Shown here: in pieces, positions 14,695-33,333 of the stretch | Layout: every line of letters starts with the position of its first letter | How positions within the stretch are numbered: the first letter of the stretch is position 1 | DNA from: Chrysomallon squamiferum | Taxonomy: Eukaryota; Animalia; Mollusca | DNA length: 64,000 nucleotides | Assembly: GCA_012295275.1 (NCBI GenBank) | Contig: CM022665.1 | Span: 9,858,001 to 9,922,000 of the forward strand | Direction: 5' to 3' | Notes under the pieces: generated by a model | Told to the model about the DNA's origin: nothing | Databases searched by the model: none | The model's input: the letters and a program-made list of their open reading frames with translations, nothing else | Made by a program: the position numbers and the translations under genes

Positions 14695-15727
14695 GAATAT
14701 GTCATATACTGTATGGAATTGTAAGTGTGGCTATAAATACATAAGAGAATACATTTATTATTCTAAATCAAATATAACTAACTGAGATATAACTAGCAGT
14801 GGTGATGTCCAAGGCAACAAAAAACAAATTATGCTGCTTAAAAATGCATTTTTGGTGTTTTTGCAATCCTAAAAACGTTTTGTCAGATTGTGTATGCATG
14901 ACAACTGCTCTTCCTGCCTCATCCTTGTTACTCTTTTTGACAGCCCAAATTAAAGGACTTTTTTTAAAAAACAAAAAACAAAAAAGAACAATTCTATCTG
15001 TCTATCTATCTATTTCTCTTTCATATAAACTGGAATTTATAACACCATATTTTTTTTTCTTATCATTATTACTATCATTAATTATCATTATGACCATTAC
15101 AATGATGTTCATCACAATTGACTTCCATTTTAAATTTCACACAATAACATGATAACCAAAACAATAATAACATTTTTTTTTTTACTACCATGTTTAAATA
15201 TCAGATAAAAAGACCAAGATTTGAAACACAAATTGGTCCACAGTGACCTTTGGGATGAAGAAATATTCACTTAATTTCATTTGCTGACATTTCTCACAGA
15301 GCAAAATATTTTCCAAAAACACAACATCTAATTTATAAGAGAATATTACTAGAGCAATTCATTTCCGCACTCACTGATTTGCTTGCTGGTTCATTAGCAG
15401 ATGGTTTGAAAAAAGAATTTCACTTGACACAGAAATGACATTTATTGCCTGAAGCTTGGAGCTGCAATATTTGGAAAACTGATATCCAGAAAGAAAGATA
15501 TTGATATAATCAAAACGTCTGTGATTAATGAATGAACAAATTTGGTTTTTAAAAGAGGCTTCCCTACATCTTTATTATGTTTGTATTATCTTATTAGTGT
15601 CAGACATGATTTTTTTTTGAATTTTTTTTTTTGTTGATTTTGTAATATAAATAGTATGACAGAGGATCCCACTGCCATAAATGTATAGGCAATTCAGAAT
15701 AATTTAAGTGATGGTTATCTGTACCTT

Positions 15728-15800
15728 CAGTGACAGGAAAGCACATGCCACAGTTTCTGATACATCTATCAAGGAGTATAGTTAGAATGGGAAACAAACC
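15728..15800 (-). mobile_element. Degenerate SINE-like repeat fragment
   Basis: GACAGGAAAGCACATGCCACAGTTTCTGATACATC...TAGAATGGGAAA. Confidence 0.5.
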
Positions 15801-16825
15801 TCATGTGTTGCAACTTTCTTTCAGTACTAATTCGTCCTTCCAAAGGTTTTCATTAGAATATTAAATTTTCCAGCGTGTATCTCATAACGGCTATCAAAAA
15901 CTAGGGTTTCTGCTTTCTTATATCAGATATTTAATTATTTTCTGATGGAAGCATGTTGCAAATTATCTATGCTGATAGCAGTTATTTGGTATTGCAATAT
16001 TTAATAAGAAACCATCTCTTCTAACGCGGAATTAAATATGATTGCAACAAAATTGCTGTTATTCTAAACGATCGCTTCAAAATATGGAGCACATCTGAAG
16101 ATTATCATCAAATTCCTCCAAAAAAATATGAAGAATTTAAAAACATTAGAAATAAAATAAATCATTAAAAGTTTGAAATGAATGAAAGAAAAAAAAAGAA
16201 AGAAAAGGAAAACAAAAGAAAGAAGAAGAAGAAACAATGGAACTCGCTAAAATTATGCATGGACGGTGTCTGGGGAAATCGTTATTAAATGTTTCCTCCC
16301 CAGTGGCCAGAATAGGCAGAAACTACTTTGTTTTTAATTTCCTTAGAACAATTTGAGAGTACAATGTGAAAAAAAGAAATTCAGAGAATGAAGAAGACGG
16401 AATAAAATGAATGAAAGAATGTAAATGATGACTTATAAAAACAATAAATTTAACTGAGATTAAACTAGCCTGCGATGCTCAATTATAATAACCGGTTCAC
16501 AGTCCCTCGCTGTAGTCAGGTGAGCTGGAAGAAAGTTTTGTTTTTTGTTTGTTTTGGGCCAGATCGTATTTGAGAAATCAGAAATGTTTGAATCACTGTC
16601 ATTATTATTATTATTTACGAAACTGAATGGGGTAGGGGAGAGAGAATGATTTATTATTCTGCTGCCGTACATTGGCAAATAAACAAAATACTTAGTTATT
16701 TGTTAGCTTAATCTTCTGTGGCGATATATTAAAAAATTTATTATCAAAACATTTTTTCACAAATTTTATTTTTTAACTATATAAATGAAGTGTGTAGATT
16801 ACGGATAAAATAAATAAAGGAGAAA

Positions 16826-16857
<32 letters not shown>

Positions 16858-16956
16858 ATAAAATAAATTCCCCCAAAACAGGCAAAAAGAAAAGCCTCAG
16901 GACCATTAAAAAACCCCAGTCTTCCATATATATGTATCCAAATAAATAATCATGAT

Positions 16957-16957
<1 letters not shown>

Positions 16958-17037
<80 letters not shown>
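16958..17037. repeat. (CA)n microsatellite
   Basis: Directly visible. Confidence 0.97.
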
Positions 17038-17043
<6 letters not shown>

Positions 17044-17351
17044 TGTGCCCTTCCTCTGGATCAGTGATTGAACTGTTTTATCCAATTTCCGTTTGGATTC
17101 GATGGGACAAAATGTCAATGTTTTCTGTCTACGTAATCTTAGTAACTAATATTTGTAGTCAGTTTGTGCCGAAACGATTTTCCAGTCCTCGAGATTGTTT
17201 GTTTTAATTGGATGAATCCTTTTTAACAGCCTCAATAAGAGTAATATTGCCAATAATTTATTCAGTTTCATGCTCCATTTAGGTGGAAAGGATTTTTTTT
17301 CTGAGAGAGACAGAGTATGAGACAGACAAACAGAAAAACAGAGAAAAGTAT

Positions 17352-17354
<3 letters not shown>

Positions 17355-17407
<53 letters not shown>
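17355..17407. repeat. (GA)n microsatellite
   Basis: Directly visible. Confidence 0.97.
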
Positions 17408-17409
<2 letters not shown>

Positions 17410-17693
17410 TGTGTGTCTTTTCGGTGGCATCAGTTATGCTCAAGTTATATTTTACAGCAACACATAATCTTTTTTAAAAATAATGTAAATTAAGCAGAAT
17501 TAGAATGGATGTTAGTTTTGAAAATAGAATTGTCAGACAGCTTATATTAGTCCTAGTTATTCCACGTCTCTCATTTCGTTCAGAACAGTTCGGCAGCATT
17601 AAAGGAATAAAATTGTGAAGATTAATTAATAATAATAATAATAACAATAATAAACTGGAACAGCCCCACCCCCAAAAGAAAACACCATCAGTA

Positions 17694-17747
<54 letters not shown>

Positions 17748-18183
17748 CATCATTATTATCATCATCATCATCATTTGCAGTTAGGATAACAACTCTATCT
17801 CGGTTTTATAGAATTTCATGGGAAATAATCCAAAAATGTTTGGTTTTGAGGTTTTAAAGAGTTATCTTTCTTAATTTCGTAATTAATGGGTGGCCGGTAA
17901 AGCCAGGAGATTTTTATGTTCTTGTTATTCTGAAAAATACCCAGTGAATCAAAACTGGAAGATGGACCTGAACCTAAACCTAAATGCTGTTTATACGATA
18001 ACAATGAATATCAATATTTCATTCTAATTGGTTTCTTTCAGTATATTCGGCATACTTACTTATTTCCTTACATACTTATTTAATTTACTTATTAATTTAT
18101 TTTGCCGTCAGATATTAATTAATAGTAATGATGTAAGTATCACAATTAATAAAATAAAATTAAAAGAAAATGTATGGGTGTAA

Positions 18184-18242
<59 letters not shown>

Positions 18243-18862
18243 TTTTTATTTTTTTTTTTTTTTTAAATTTTTTTTTTTTAATGCTCTCAAATACAGCAAA
18301 CTGTCCGGCATGTATACCATAATGTCTCCCCTTCTGTTGTAAATGGGTAAAATGGCGGCATTCAGTTATTATTTTATTGTCTGTTATGGACGAAGTAAGG
18401 TTAGTTCGCCCCAGATATCTTGGAAATATAGATTTTTTTTTTTTCGTCTATTTATTCTTACAGTTACAAGGACACTTTAACAGTATCTTTGCAGGACTTT
18501 GCTTAATTTTTTCTCGTTCTCGTTTGAATATGAAATATGCACTTACTACAATATAAAGCTCTTCTTGTGAAAACCACAACATTTCCCCATTACAAACAAG
18601 GAATTTTTTCCGTATGCACTCTGTTTTAGCGAGAAAAGCACACACTATGATGTTTGCGATATGCCAGTGACATGGTAGAGGTTGAAACGAAAAAAGCCCG
18701 ACGGGGTTACCAAGGAGGATCGATACCGCAACCCTTCAAGCCCCAAGCGTCCTCTATAAAAACTTCAGAACTACGGAGATATAACTATATAATAACATAT
18801 TTATCACAAGCAGTTTTCAAGTCCTGGCGTGAAAATATTGGCAAAAATATCATTTATAAATA

Positions 18863-18894
<32 letters not shown>

Positions 18895-19255
18895 AAATAT
18901 GATCTCCTGTACGCTTGGAAATGGTGATGTTATTCTCGAATAAACTGTATTTTTATTCAGTGATTTCAAATGACAAAATTTTTGTTACAGATCTTCAAAA
19001 TATATAAATTAAAATAATTCGAGTTAAAATAACGCTCCTTTAAACTAAAAACTACTGATTTTATAGTTCACATGTGAATTTGGTTTGTGAATTATAATAA
19101 ATATATTAGGATTTTTAAATTTATTTCTTACTTCATTTATTATCATTACAGTTATAAGAATAATTACTTTGATCAAAAACCTTAGTAATAGAAACATTCC
19201 AAATACTGTAGGCTGAGAGGCAGACAGAGAGACAGACAAACATACACACACAGAG

Positions 19256-19257
<2 letters not shown>

Positions 19258-19346
<89 letters not shown>
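19258..19346. repeat. (GA)n microsatellite
   Basis: Directly visible. Confidence 0.97.
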
Positions 19347-19349
<3 letters not shown>

Positions 19350-20688
19350 TGTACGGGAAGGAAGAAAGAAATAGATGTGGGCAGACATACAAAGTTTGGT
19401 ATTGAGAAAACCAATACAATTATTTTAAATAATTTGTTTACTTCATGATTAAGTTTTAAACTGACAGACACTTGGCGATAAGCTTGACAGACGATTCACA
19501 ATAAGAAATAAATGTTTCCAAATTTCAGAGACCGATCGAAGTCTCAAGGATTAATAGCCGGATACAGTAAAAGAATTCAAGAGATGAAGTTCCTGAAAGT
19601 TGAGTTTTCTTGGATTTCGCGAAAGACTTTTATCAGTATTTATTATTTGATTACAGAAACAGACGCTTCTGTGTGATGTAAGAAATGATGAAATAAATGC
19701 ACAAATGATTAGATATTCACCAATCCCTAGCATGAAGACAAATTACTTCACTGTACAAGAAAGAACTGCTATAATGAAATAAGTAAAATAATAGTTACTG
19801 ACTAAAATACTTTTCGGTTTTTTTTATTGGTGGTAACTATATAGATTATTTTCAGTTAATATTATTTTGTAATCCTTTCAAAAAAAAATAAATAAATAAA
19901 TAAATAAATAAATAAGTAGTAGTAGTAGTAATAATAATAATAAAGAAATAACATTAAAGAAAAAAACCCGAATTATAGGTCTAGGGAACCGCTAATAAAA
20001 AAATATTGTAAGAATAAAATATGTTCCACGAGGTACAATGACATTTCCTTTTTTTCTAAAAATTAAATAAGTATGTAAATAAAATAAATAAATAAAATAA
20101 ATAATAAACAGACGTGATAGATTAATAGGGCAAACTGATATAATGTAATTATACTTCCATATTTATTATAGTAAATATGTGCATAGCTGACGCGTCAACT
20201 GGATTATCATTTCCCCCACCCCCATTTCTCCAAAACAATAAAACTATCACAAGAAGATAACAAAATTTATTTAGATTAGCTCTTTAGATATATTTTTTCA
20301 TTTTGAAAAGGAGACAATTTTAAGAAAAAAGAGAAAACAGTTTTAAAACATGAATCAATTTAATCGGTCATTTACCTGTCGTATGAATCATAATAATTTT
20401 GTTTTAATATCTACATTGTTGTACAAAGTCCCCACTTATAAGTAATTCATCTGACCATCCAGTTCTTAAAGTGGCTGTACCCAGAGAGCAATACTCGCTG
20501 ACCTCATACATAACCCAGCTGGACACTGTCCAGTCCTTCTGTGGACAATTGTTCAACAAACACGCTCATGAACAGAGTAAGGTGATTAACTCAATATATA
20601 TCACTGCCATCTTTTTATTTTTATTTTTACGATATGAATTCATAATTTAAGAGACACTTTTATTGTTTTTGACGAAAATTTCGTTCTG

Positions 20689-20728
20689 TATAAATACATG
20701 TCATAAACACATCTATATTAATCCAGTC
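20689..20728 (+). promoter_or_regulatory. TATA box and initiator-like site of the Spaetzle-like gene
   Basis: TATAAATA at 20689-20696; CCAGTC (Inr-like) at 20723-20728; ATG at 20750. Confidence 0.6.
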
Positions 20729-20749
20729 TATTTCGTAAGTCTCCAGAAC

Positions 20750-24537
<3,788 letters not shown>

Positions 24538-24722
24538 CAACGACTCTAACGTGAAAATATAAAGCGAGTTTCAAGAAACCAAATGCACTCTTAACAGAAT
24601 ATATATTATATATATATCTCGGAAGCCATTTAAAGCTCTAGGGACGAAAATCCAAGTTCCAGTTCTGATGCAGCTCTTTGATGTTTGATAAATGGTACAG
24701 TACGTATTTCTCTTAACGTAAT

Positions 24723-24728
24723 AATAAA
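24723..24728 (+). terminator. Polyadenylation signal of the Spaetzle-like gene
   Basis: First AATAAA after the stop codon (about 185 nt downstream), followed by a T/GT-rich stretch. Confidence 0.55.
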
Positions 24729-25340
24729 TGGTAAAATATATATTTTTGTTCAGTTATTGCTATAATTTTTTTTTCTCCCTCCGGTATAGTTATTAAGAAA
24801 ACGATACCATTTCCCCCCCCCCTCAAGTGCTTTGATGACAACATAATTATAATTAATTTTATGAAATATTTGTTCTGAAACTAACTGGGACTCTGTATAA
24901 ATCTATTAGCAAACTGGCGTTCTAAAAAGGCTGATTAATACCACTTTTTTTAGTTTTCATTATTAAGATGTATTTATCTATCAAGTAAGAAATAATGTTC
25001 TTGTTCATCATGAATATTTCTTACTATTTCCTATTATTGTATGTCACGATAAATCAGAAATTTAATTCCAAGTCAAAACGAATTTGCTAAGAGAAAGAAA
25101 AATTCAGTGTTCTTTTAAATAAAAAGTGGAAAAACAGCAATAATAAATAAATAAATAAATAAATAAATAAGTTTAAAGGCGAAACAAAATGAAATTTAAA
25201 GAAAAAATATAACAGTATAAAACAACATAAATAGAAAAAAATATACAACGGCAAAAACATTAAATAAATTAAAAATAATCAAAGAAAGAAAGATGATACA
25301 TCAAAGAAACAAAAACAAAAAACAAAACAACACAAAACTG

Positions 25341-25832
<492 letters not shown>

Positions 25833-26947
25833 ACCGTAATATATATTGTAATACATCTGGTAATGAACTACATTTATAATTATCATCATTAATTACATTT
25901 GTTTCATTACTAAAGTGTTCAGGTGTTCGAGCGCTGTGGTGACATTTAAGCTAAAATATCAGTGGATAATAATAATAATAATAATAACAACAACAACAAC
26001 AACAACAACAACAACTATAAATAGTTTAATAATAACTAGTAAGTATGATTTAAATTAAATTATTAACATAAATACTGAATGTTTTGAAAGACTGGTGCTT
26101 GCACTGTTTCAGTCAAAATGATAATATCACCACTTAACACTCGGTAGAAAATGAAATCTAGACTAGATTAATCCTTACTACTATTATTACCTATCATTAC
26201 TGCTTGTCTTTTTACGAAATGACCGAAAAGTCTAGTATCTTGCACTTTAATTGAAAAAGATTAAAAATAATTTTTATATATATATAGTAGTTGTTACTAA
26301 ATTGTCAAGAAGGTTATTTTATTTTTAATGGTCACAGCTGAAATTGTGGCCTATTTCATATTTCATGTCATTATGAATGGAAAAAATACTGTCGTAACCA
26401 CCGGTAACACTATCAGTATTACTTAAAGTACAATGACTTTTAATATAGAAAAATGACATTTCAAAAGTGAATATTTATTTCCTTTTAATTAATTGCTAAA
26501 AAGAAAGAAAGAAAAATAGAAAAAGGAAAAAGCGTATTAATAAAAGTCTTAGACAATGTCATTATTTATATACAGTAATATCAAAATCCCCCGCAGCTTT
26601 CAATAACAAGATTTCTTTTCATTCATATTATGTACCTATTTTTAATTATAAACGCACTTACAGATATGCCCCAGTTCCCATACACTCAACACACACGCAC
26701 ACACTCACGCGCACACACATATGTATATAGTTATATACACCTGTAATGTATTTATCAAAACGCACTTTACCATCTATTTCGTCACATTATTGAGATGCAT
26801 CTCGAAACTGGTTAAACTTGTGACAATCACAGCTGTTGTTCCTTTCACGATTCAGTCTGTAAGACTTTTAAAAAATTAACATATTTACCCCCGTCTTTTC
26901 TTTCTTCTTATATATACGACGAAAAAAAAAAAAAAAAAAAAAAAAAA

Positions 26948-26985
<38 letters not shown>

Positions 26986-29590
26986 TAATAATAATAATAT
27001 TAAATAAATACTAAATAAATAAATAATTAATTGAATCATAGTAATAGTAATAATAGTAATAATAATAATACTAATAATAATAATAAAAAAAATAAAAACG
27101 ACAAAAACAAAACAACGTAGGAGGTGTGATTTCCTATCTGACGTGTGATGAAAGTTGAGATTGTGAGTTGATTTTTGATTGTCGACGCTGGAAATGATTA
27201 ACGAAGTTAATAGCGTGACTTGGATCATGATCTGCTTCGTCAAACAAACGATATTAAGTTTTGCCACGAATCTGGTGAGTGTGTAATTAAATGCTGCAAA
27301 CGCAAGTGCACTGGCTCAACACTTACTTTTCAGATTATTGCCCAAAACACAAGAGTTTAACGTGCTGCTGTGGTTTTGAAGTATTCCGCGCGTTTGACTG
27401 TTGTCAAAAAGAAATAGCTTTTATTAAGTTATTGCTACTACTGATACTAATCAGTCTTAAGAGTTGCTAGGTTTGTTTTGAGTAACTTCTCTAGATATCA
27501 CAAAATGAACAGAACCGTGAGAAAAAACTATTGTAACTCAAATTCGTCATCATTTATCAAAAAAAAAAAAAAAAGGAACGAAGACTGTGATTCACTGTTT
27601 AAATAACTAACGAACAGAAAGAACAAGAAAAAACTTTTCTAACAGTGTAATCGATGTATGTTGGAACGATAACGACAATAGAGAAAGAAATCAAGAAGAG
27701 CAAACTCAAATTATCTCCTCCCCCGTATGTAATCAAAAGATGAACAGAAAAACGTTTTGTAATATAAATTTCTAACAATGCAGATGACATCTAAATTTGA
27801 CACTGATGACGACATCTTCCTCTATGTATTAACCTTGTAATTAAAGGTTTTAGTTTTTAGACAAAAATAGAAAGTTTGTATTAAATAGTCTAAAAATTCC
27901 AACGCCAGTATCTGATTACGTAATTCAGAAGTATTTTCATTCTTTCTTCTTCTTCTTTTTCTTCTTATTAGTAGCAGTAGTGGTAGCAATGGTTATAGAA
28001 GTAGTGATAGTAGTAGTAGCAGTATAGAAGTGGTAGCAGTAGTAGTAGGAGAAGTAGTAATATATCACTTATAAATACACTCACAGAAACTGGATGTGGA
28101 AGGTGTATTAAGATTTTAGAATCAATCTCTAAGTGGCTATTAATAATAATGATGTTGACGACAATACTGATTAATAATAAAAATAATAAATGATACTACT
28201 ACTACTACCACCATCACCACATCTACCACCATTACCATTATTACTACTACGAGTACTAAAATTACTACTACTATCGACTTATTGAATTATTATTTCATTA
28301 TGGTCATGACATTGCCTTAAATGTAAATTATGAATTTATATATTCTACCGTCAGCTACTGGATGTCAGACTCTTCATATTTTCCACTGATACGAAGACAA
28401 AATGCACGGTTTTGATAAATAAATAGACGAGAGTCTTCAACTAGAAATGAATGTAAGCTAATGGGGTGGATTGATCGGGCGACCCTTAGCGAACAACATC
28501 AACATTCTGACCTTTAAGCTACTGCCAACATCGTAGTTTCATACCGCTGTCTTTCACAAAATATAATCAAATAATTAAAACCGATTTCCAAAATGGACAG
28601 TAATGACAAATAATGGGAGATAATGCATCTTTATACGAAAATGTGACTGACGTCTCTAGATGCTGAGTGAAATTAAAGTAAAAACTTATCCTGCGCTGCG
28701 TTCTTTAGTTGTCATTTTCAAGAAACGCATCCTGAATTTTAGACAGAGTTAATGCGAGGAACGGTAAAAACAAATAAATAAACTGAGTATGTCAGAATTA
28801 CCGAACCATTAAAACCAACAGTGGATAGAAATTAAATAAAATTTACAAGTCGAAACCCATGTCTGTTATTTGATCTGTAAGACTCAAGCCCAGTAAACTG
28901 ACAGTTTTAAACAGAGATCAGTGATGTTTTGAACATATTATTCTTCTGCTTTTATAATTCTCTGTTAATATTTCATTCCCTGATGAAAAATTCACAAACC
29001 TGTCACCAACAAAAAATTAAATCTGTCTCTTATTGAATTTACATTTCTCCATTACTCCATGTTAACTGTTTTACTCCTTGGAGAAATGACTGAACAGATC
29101 TGAGTTTTCAGATCCTGAACTGAGGTTAATGTTATATATAAGTCCGAGACTTTACGTCTGTTTGACCACGTTGTTTTTACAGGAGGGCTGCCATTTTGCT
29201 TGAGAATTCTAAATTTTTGATATTCTTTACCTGATGTTCAATTTACTCACAAAGATTTTCAAAATTTCAGTCTGCTTCTTTTATTTCCCACAGGATCGGT
29301 CCCTTTTTCAAAAAATAAATAAAATATTCAAGCAAAATATAAAAATTATCTCCCGTAACCAGAATAAAGGAGAAAAAAGGTGAAGAAATCTTCGTATTTT
29401 ACCATTTCTTGCATAATAATAATAATAATAAAATCGTAGAAATAGTAATAATAGAGTAGTAGTAATAGCAGCAGCAGCACTAGTAACAGTTGTCGCAGCG
29501 ATAGTGGTAATAGTAATGGTAGTGGTTGTAGTGGTAGAAATATATAACTGTATCTATATATGTGTGTGTATCTATCTATATATCTATCTA

Positions 29591-29625
<35 letters not shown>

Positions 29626-30178
29626 GTGTGCGTGTGTAAAGGATCATCTATCGGGAGAGGAGATGCCAGAAACAATGAGTGTTTATAAGCACCTTTCATT
29701 GGCCGTGAGACGTTGCCGAAGAACGAAACAGCACCAAAGAGAAACGATCCCGCAATCACTCACGCTTAATGCCAGTGCTTAACCAATGAACTATTGCAGA
29801 CTGTTCCCATTAACTACCGAGATTCTTTGTTGTACACAAATACAAACTGTTATTTTGTTTTTAATTTAAATTAGTTTTACAACTGATCGTTTTTCATTAG
29901 ACAGAGTTTGAAGTTAATTTCATCAGCATCCTGTTTACAGGAAGGTGCCTAAAACAATAATGTTTTTTCTTTCTGAAACATCATTTACAGAGGCGTGTGC
30001 AGATGCATATCAACATACATACACAAATCACATACATGATACCTGTTAAGTTAACATTAAACAGTGCCGATGCATTGTTCAAACACTCAGTAATTTGTTT
30101 GCATTAGACATTTGAACTAAATAACCTAAGGCGGTAATTAATTGCTATTTTTTTTTTTTTTATCATTATTTCATTTAT

Positions 30179-30298
<120 letters not shown>

Positions 30299-30769
30299 CA
30301 CTCAGACACAGTGACACACATTTCTGTATGTGTTTTGAAAAATCGTATATATAAGCAAACATATCTGACATTTAATAGTTTTTAATCAACGAAGATTGAT
30401 GTTTTACTATGAGACATTAACAGACTATTTTATCTCTTTCTCAACACAAAATACCAGTGTACTATACATTTCGTCAATAAAGATGAATGAAAAACCATGG
30501 TACTTATTTATTTATCTACTTCTAACCAGTTCTCAGAATCGGTAGGTTATATTTATGACATCTCTTATATATAATCCTTCGTAATCGTTTCGTAAGCTAA
30601 TAATACGCTGTATAATTAAATAAATGAAAAACTAAATTTAACTGCCCATCCTCTGCTATTGTTTGATATTGAGTAATTATCCAGAAATAATTCTACTTCA
30701 TCCCTCCCATCTCTAGGAAATATTTTGGCCTTTCAAAGAAAATCTGACCCTGTTTGTTGTCCGCGATTA

Positions 30770-31357
30770 CACTTAAAAGCCTATAAAGATATAATGAAAC
30801 ATGTCTGTGATTTTGAGGAGGACAAATAATGGCGTGCTGACATTATTTAGCGATAATGTTGAGCCCGCGATACGATCTTAGCCTTATTCAGGACCTCCTG
30901 AAGGAATTCCACCAACGAAATTGGACCAAAGACCATGAAATTGTGGAGAAATAAGTTGATAATAGTTTGATTAAACATTTCGACCCAGAGGAATAATTCT
31001 GTATCCGTGAAATTGAAATTTAATGTCTTTTGCATTGTCCTCCGTTGTGATTGGAGAGCCCTCTGTTCCGAGGTTTACAATGGCTGATCGGCTAGTCTTC
31101 AACCTGTCACTGTCGAAGTAGATTGCTTTTTTATTATTTGTACAAACAAGAACATTCTTCAGTTTTTGACCATCTCAGTTTCGTACTAAGCGAACGAGCT
31201 CTTTGACATAATTGAAAGATATCGTTCGGTAATCACCGACTACCGGTAACCTATGGCTAATGGTTGATGTCCTCTGATTTGTACCAGTTTGAAACGTGTT
31301 TCCGACAGTAATGTCACTGCCGTATAACAACATTCTCCGTTCCTGCTGATTATATAT
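30770..31357 (-). pseudogene. Unidentified decayed coding relic
   Basis: High-complexity, GC-richer block. One minus-strand frame runs 60 codons, TGA (31177-31175), 67 codons, TAA (30973-30971), then about 28 more: MLLYGSDITVG...PVVGDYRTISFNYVKELVRLVRN*DGQKLKNVLVCTNNKKAIYFDSDRLK...DIKFQFHGYRIIPLGRNV*SNYYQLISPQFHGLWSNFVGGIPSGG. Confidence 0.4.
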
Positions 31358-33230
31358 CTAAATGAATAAAATAATATGACCACTTTGTACTCATAAGATA
31401 AAAAAAAAAAAAAAAAAAAAAAAAACGTAATAGATGCTTGAACTTTTCGACTGGATCAGTGAAATTGGATATCAAACTGAAAAAGGATTTATTTTCTCTT
31501 GTTTCAGGGGGGGGGGAAATCGTTTTCATTCAAATTATTTATTTTTCCTGCTGGGCATTATTACCACTGTCATTGCTATTGCTACAACTACGACAGCAGT
31601 GATACTGGCACTGTAAAAACTATTACTACTATCACCATCACCACACTATTACAACTATTACCTCTACTACTACAACTACTGCTGCTACTACTACTGCTTC
31701 TGTTACTGACAGTGATTTTATTATGAATACAAAATCTGACATTTATTATAAAATGTTTATAGTGAAATGAGATTTTTTTTCAGAGTCCTTGTATACATTT
31801 CAACAGACAAAACAAACACACACAGACTATTATTATAGCTGAAACTATTTGGTATTTCTTACAGTGTAGGACAATTAGGACGTCACTGCAGGTGCTATGT
31901 TCAAACAAAGGATTCGTTCGAATTCTGTGACAGGTTTCACTGTGAAGAGTTTAATTAACGTATTTTTGTTTCAACCCACTTCAAAGACTGTGGTATGTTC
32001 CTTCCTGTTTGTGGGAAACTATGTATAAAATATTAACAAGAATAAAGAGATGAAGCGACAACTAATCAAAGGTTTAACAGCTAATGGGATAATTGTGAAT
32101 ACTCAGATGTCGTAAAATAACATATTATTCACATATAAAATAACAGCAACAACAATAATAAAATAAACCCAGAGGATATCATCAAAGTTTATTATTTATA
32201 TCTTTATATCTCAAACTGAAATGCTTATAAAATAATGTTGGAAAATCAGAATTTGAAAGTAGGCTGTTTGAAAGCAAAACGCATTTGTACGATTAATAAT
32301 TAAATAGGAAATAGTAAACGTGTGTATTCATTTATTTCTCCAGTCTCTCTCTCCCACTCACATACAGACTGACAACTCATTAATGAAAATTGTAATTGCA
32401 TTCCATTCCATATTACTTGGTTAAAATCATTTTTAAAAATTGATAAAACAAAAAATGTGTAAAAAAAAAAACCCAACAAAATTTGATAAATGAAAACCCT
32501 TCAGTAATGGAACATAATTTAAATGCATAGTAAATGAAACGAAATTACAATAAATCACACATACAGAACAACAACAAAAAAAACCCACAAAAAACAAACA
32601 AACAACAAAAAAAAAAAAAAAGCGGAGAGAATAAAGGACATTCATTAAAAAGTAAAAAGCATTATTCCATCCAGATTCGATATCTTTGAGGTTGAAACCA
32701 GAATCACAGTCGTCCATTTAACAATAATTATGTTCTCTCGGTTTTGCGAAAGAGAAAAAGCTGAGATTACAAATACGAAATCAGTGACAGATTTACAAAG
32801 CTCAGGCTGGGTTACGAATCCCTATTAATTACCACTTGATGAATTTATAATTGACAAACAATGCTGGTCGTCACTTTACATGAAAAGCTTCGATCAATTA
32901 GGACTGGCAGTGTTCTGGGTTCGGGCACGTGCTGATGGATGGCTAAAATGTTATATAACAACAGTAGATATTTATGCTGATTTCCCGCAGGACACGACAA
33001 CTCTTTGAAGCCGATAATGAAATCATTTAGCTTCGAGTTATGTAAATGGCAACATTTTGTATCTGTAGTGTGTATCGTATTGCGAGTGTTTTCTCAAAAA
33101 GCATTGTTTGTTATGAAACGAAATAAAAATGATTATTTCTGCACTTTTATCCGTCATTTTATATCGGTTGATAAAAGATTTCGATCAAATGGTCAAATTT
33201 TTTTTAATTTCTCGATCAGAGGCAGGGACA

Positions 33231-33333
<103 letters not shown>

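Noticed and set aside
31175-31177. In-frame TGA read as selenocysteine
   Set aside because: Further TAA stops follow in the same frame, no redox motif surrounds it and no SECIS element was recognised; decay is the simpler explanation.
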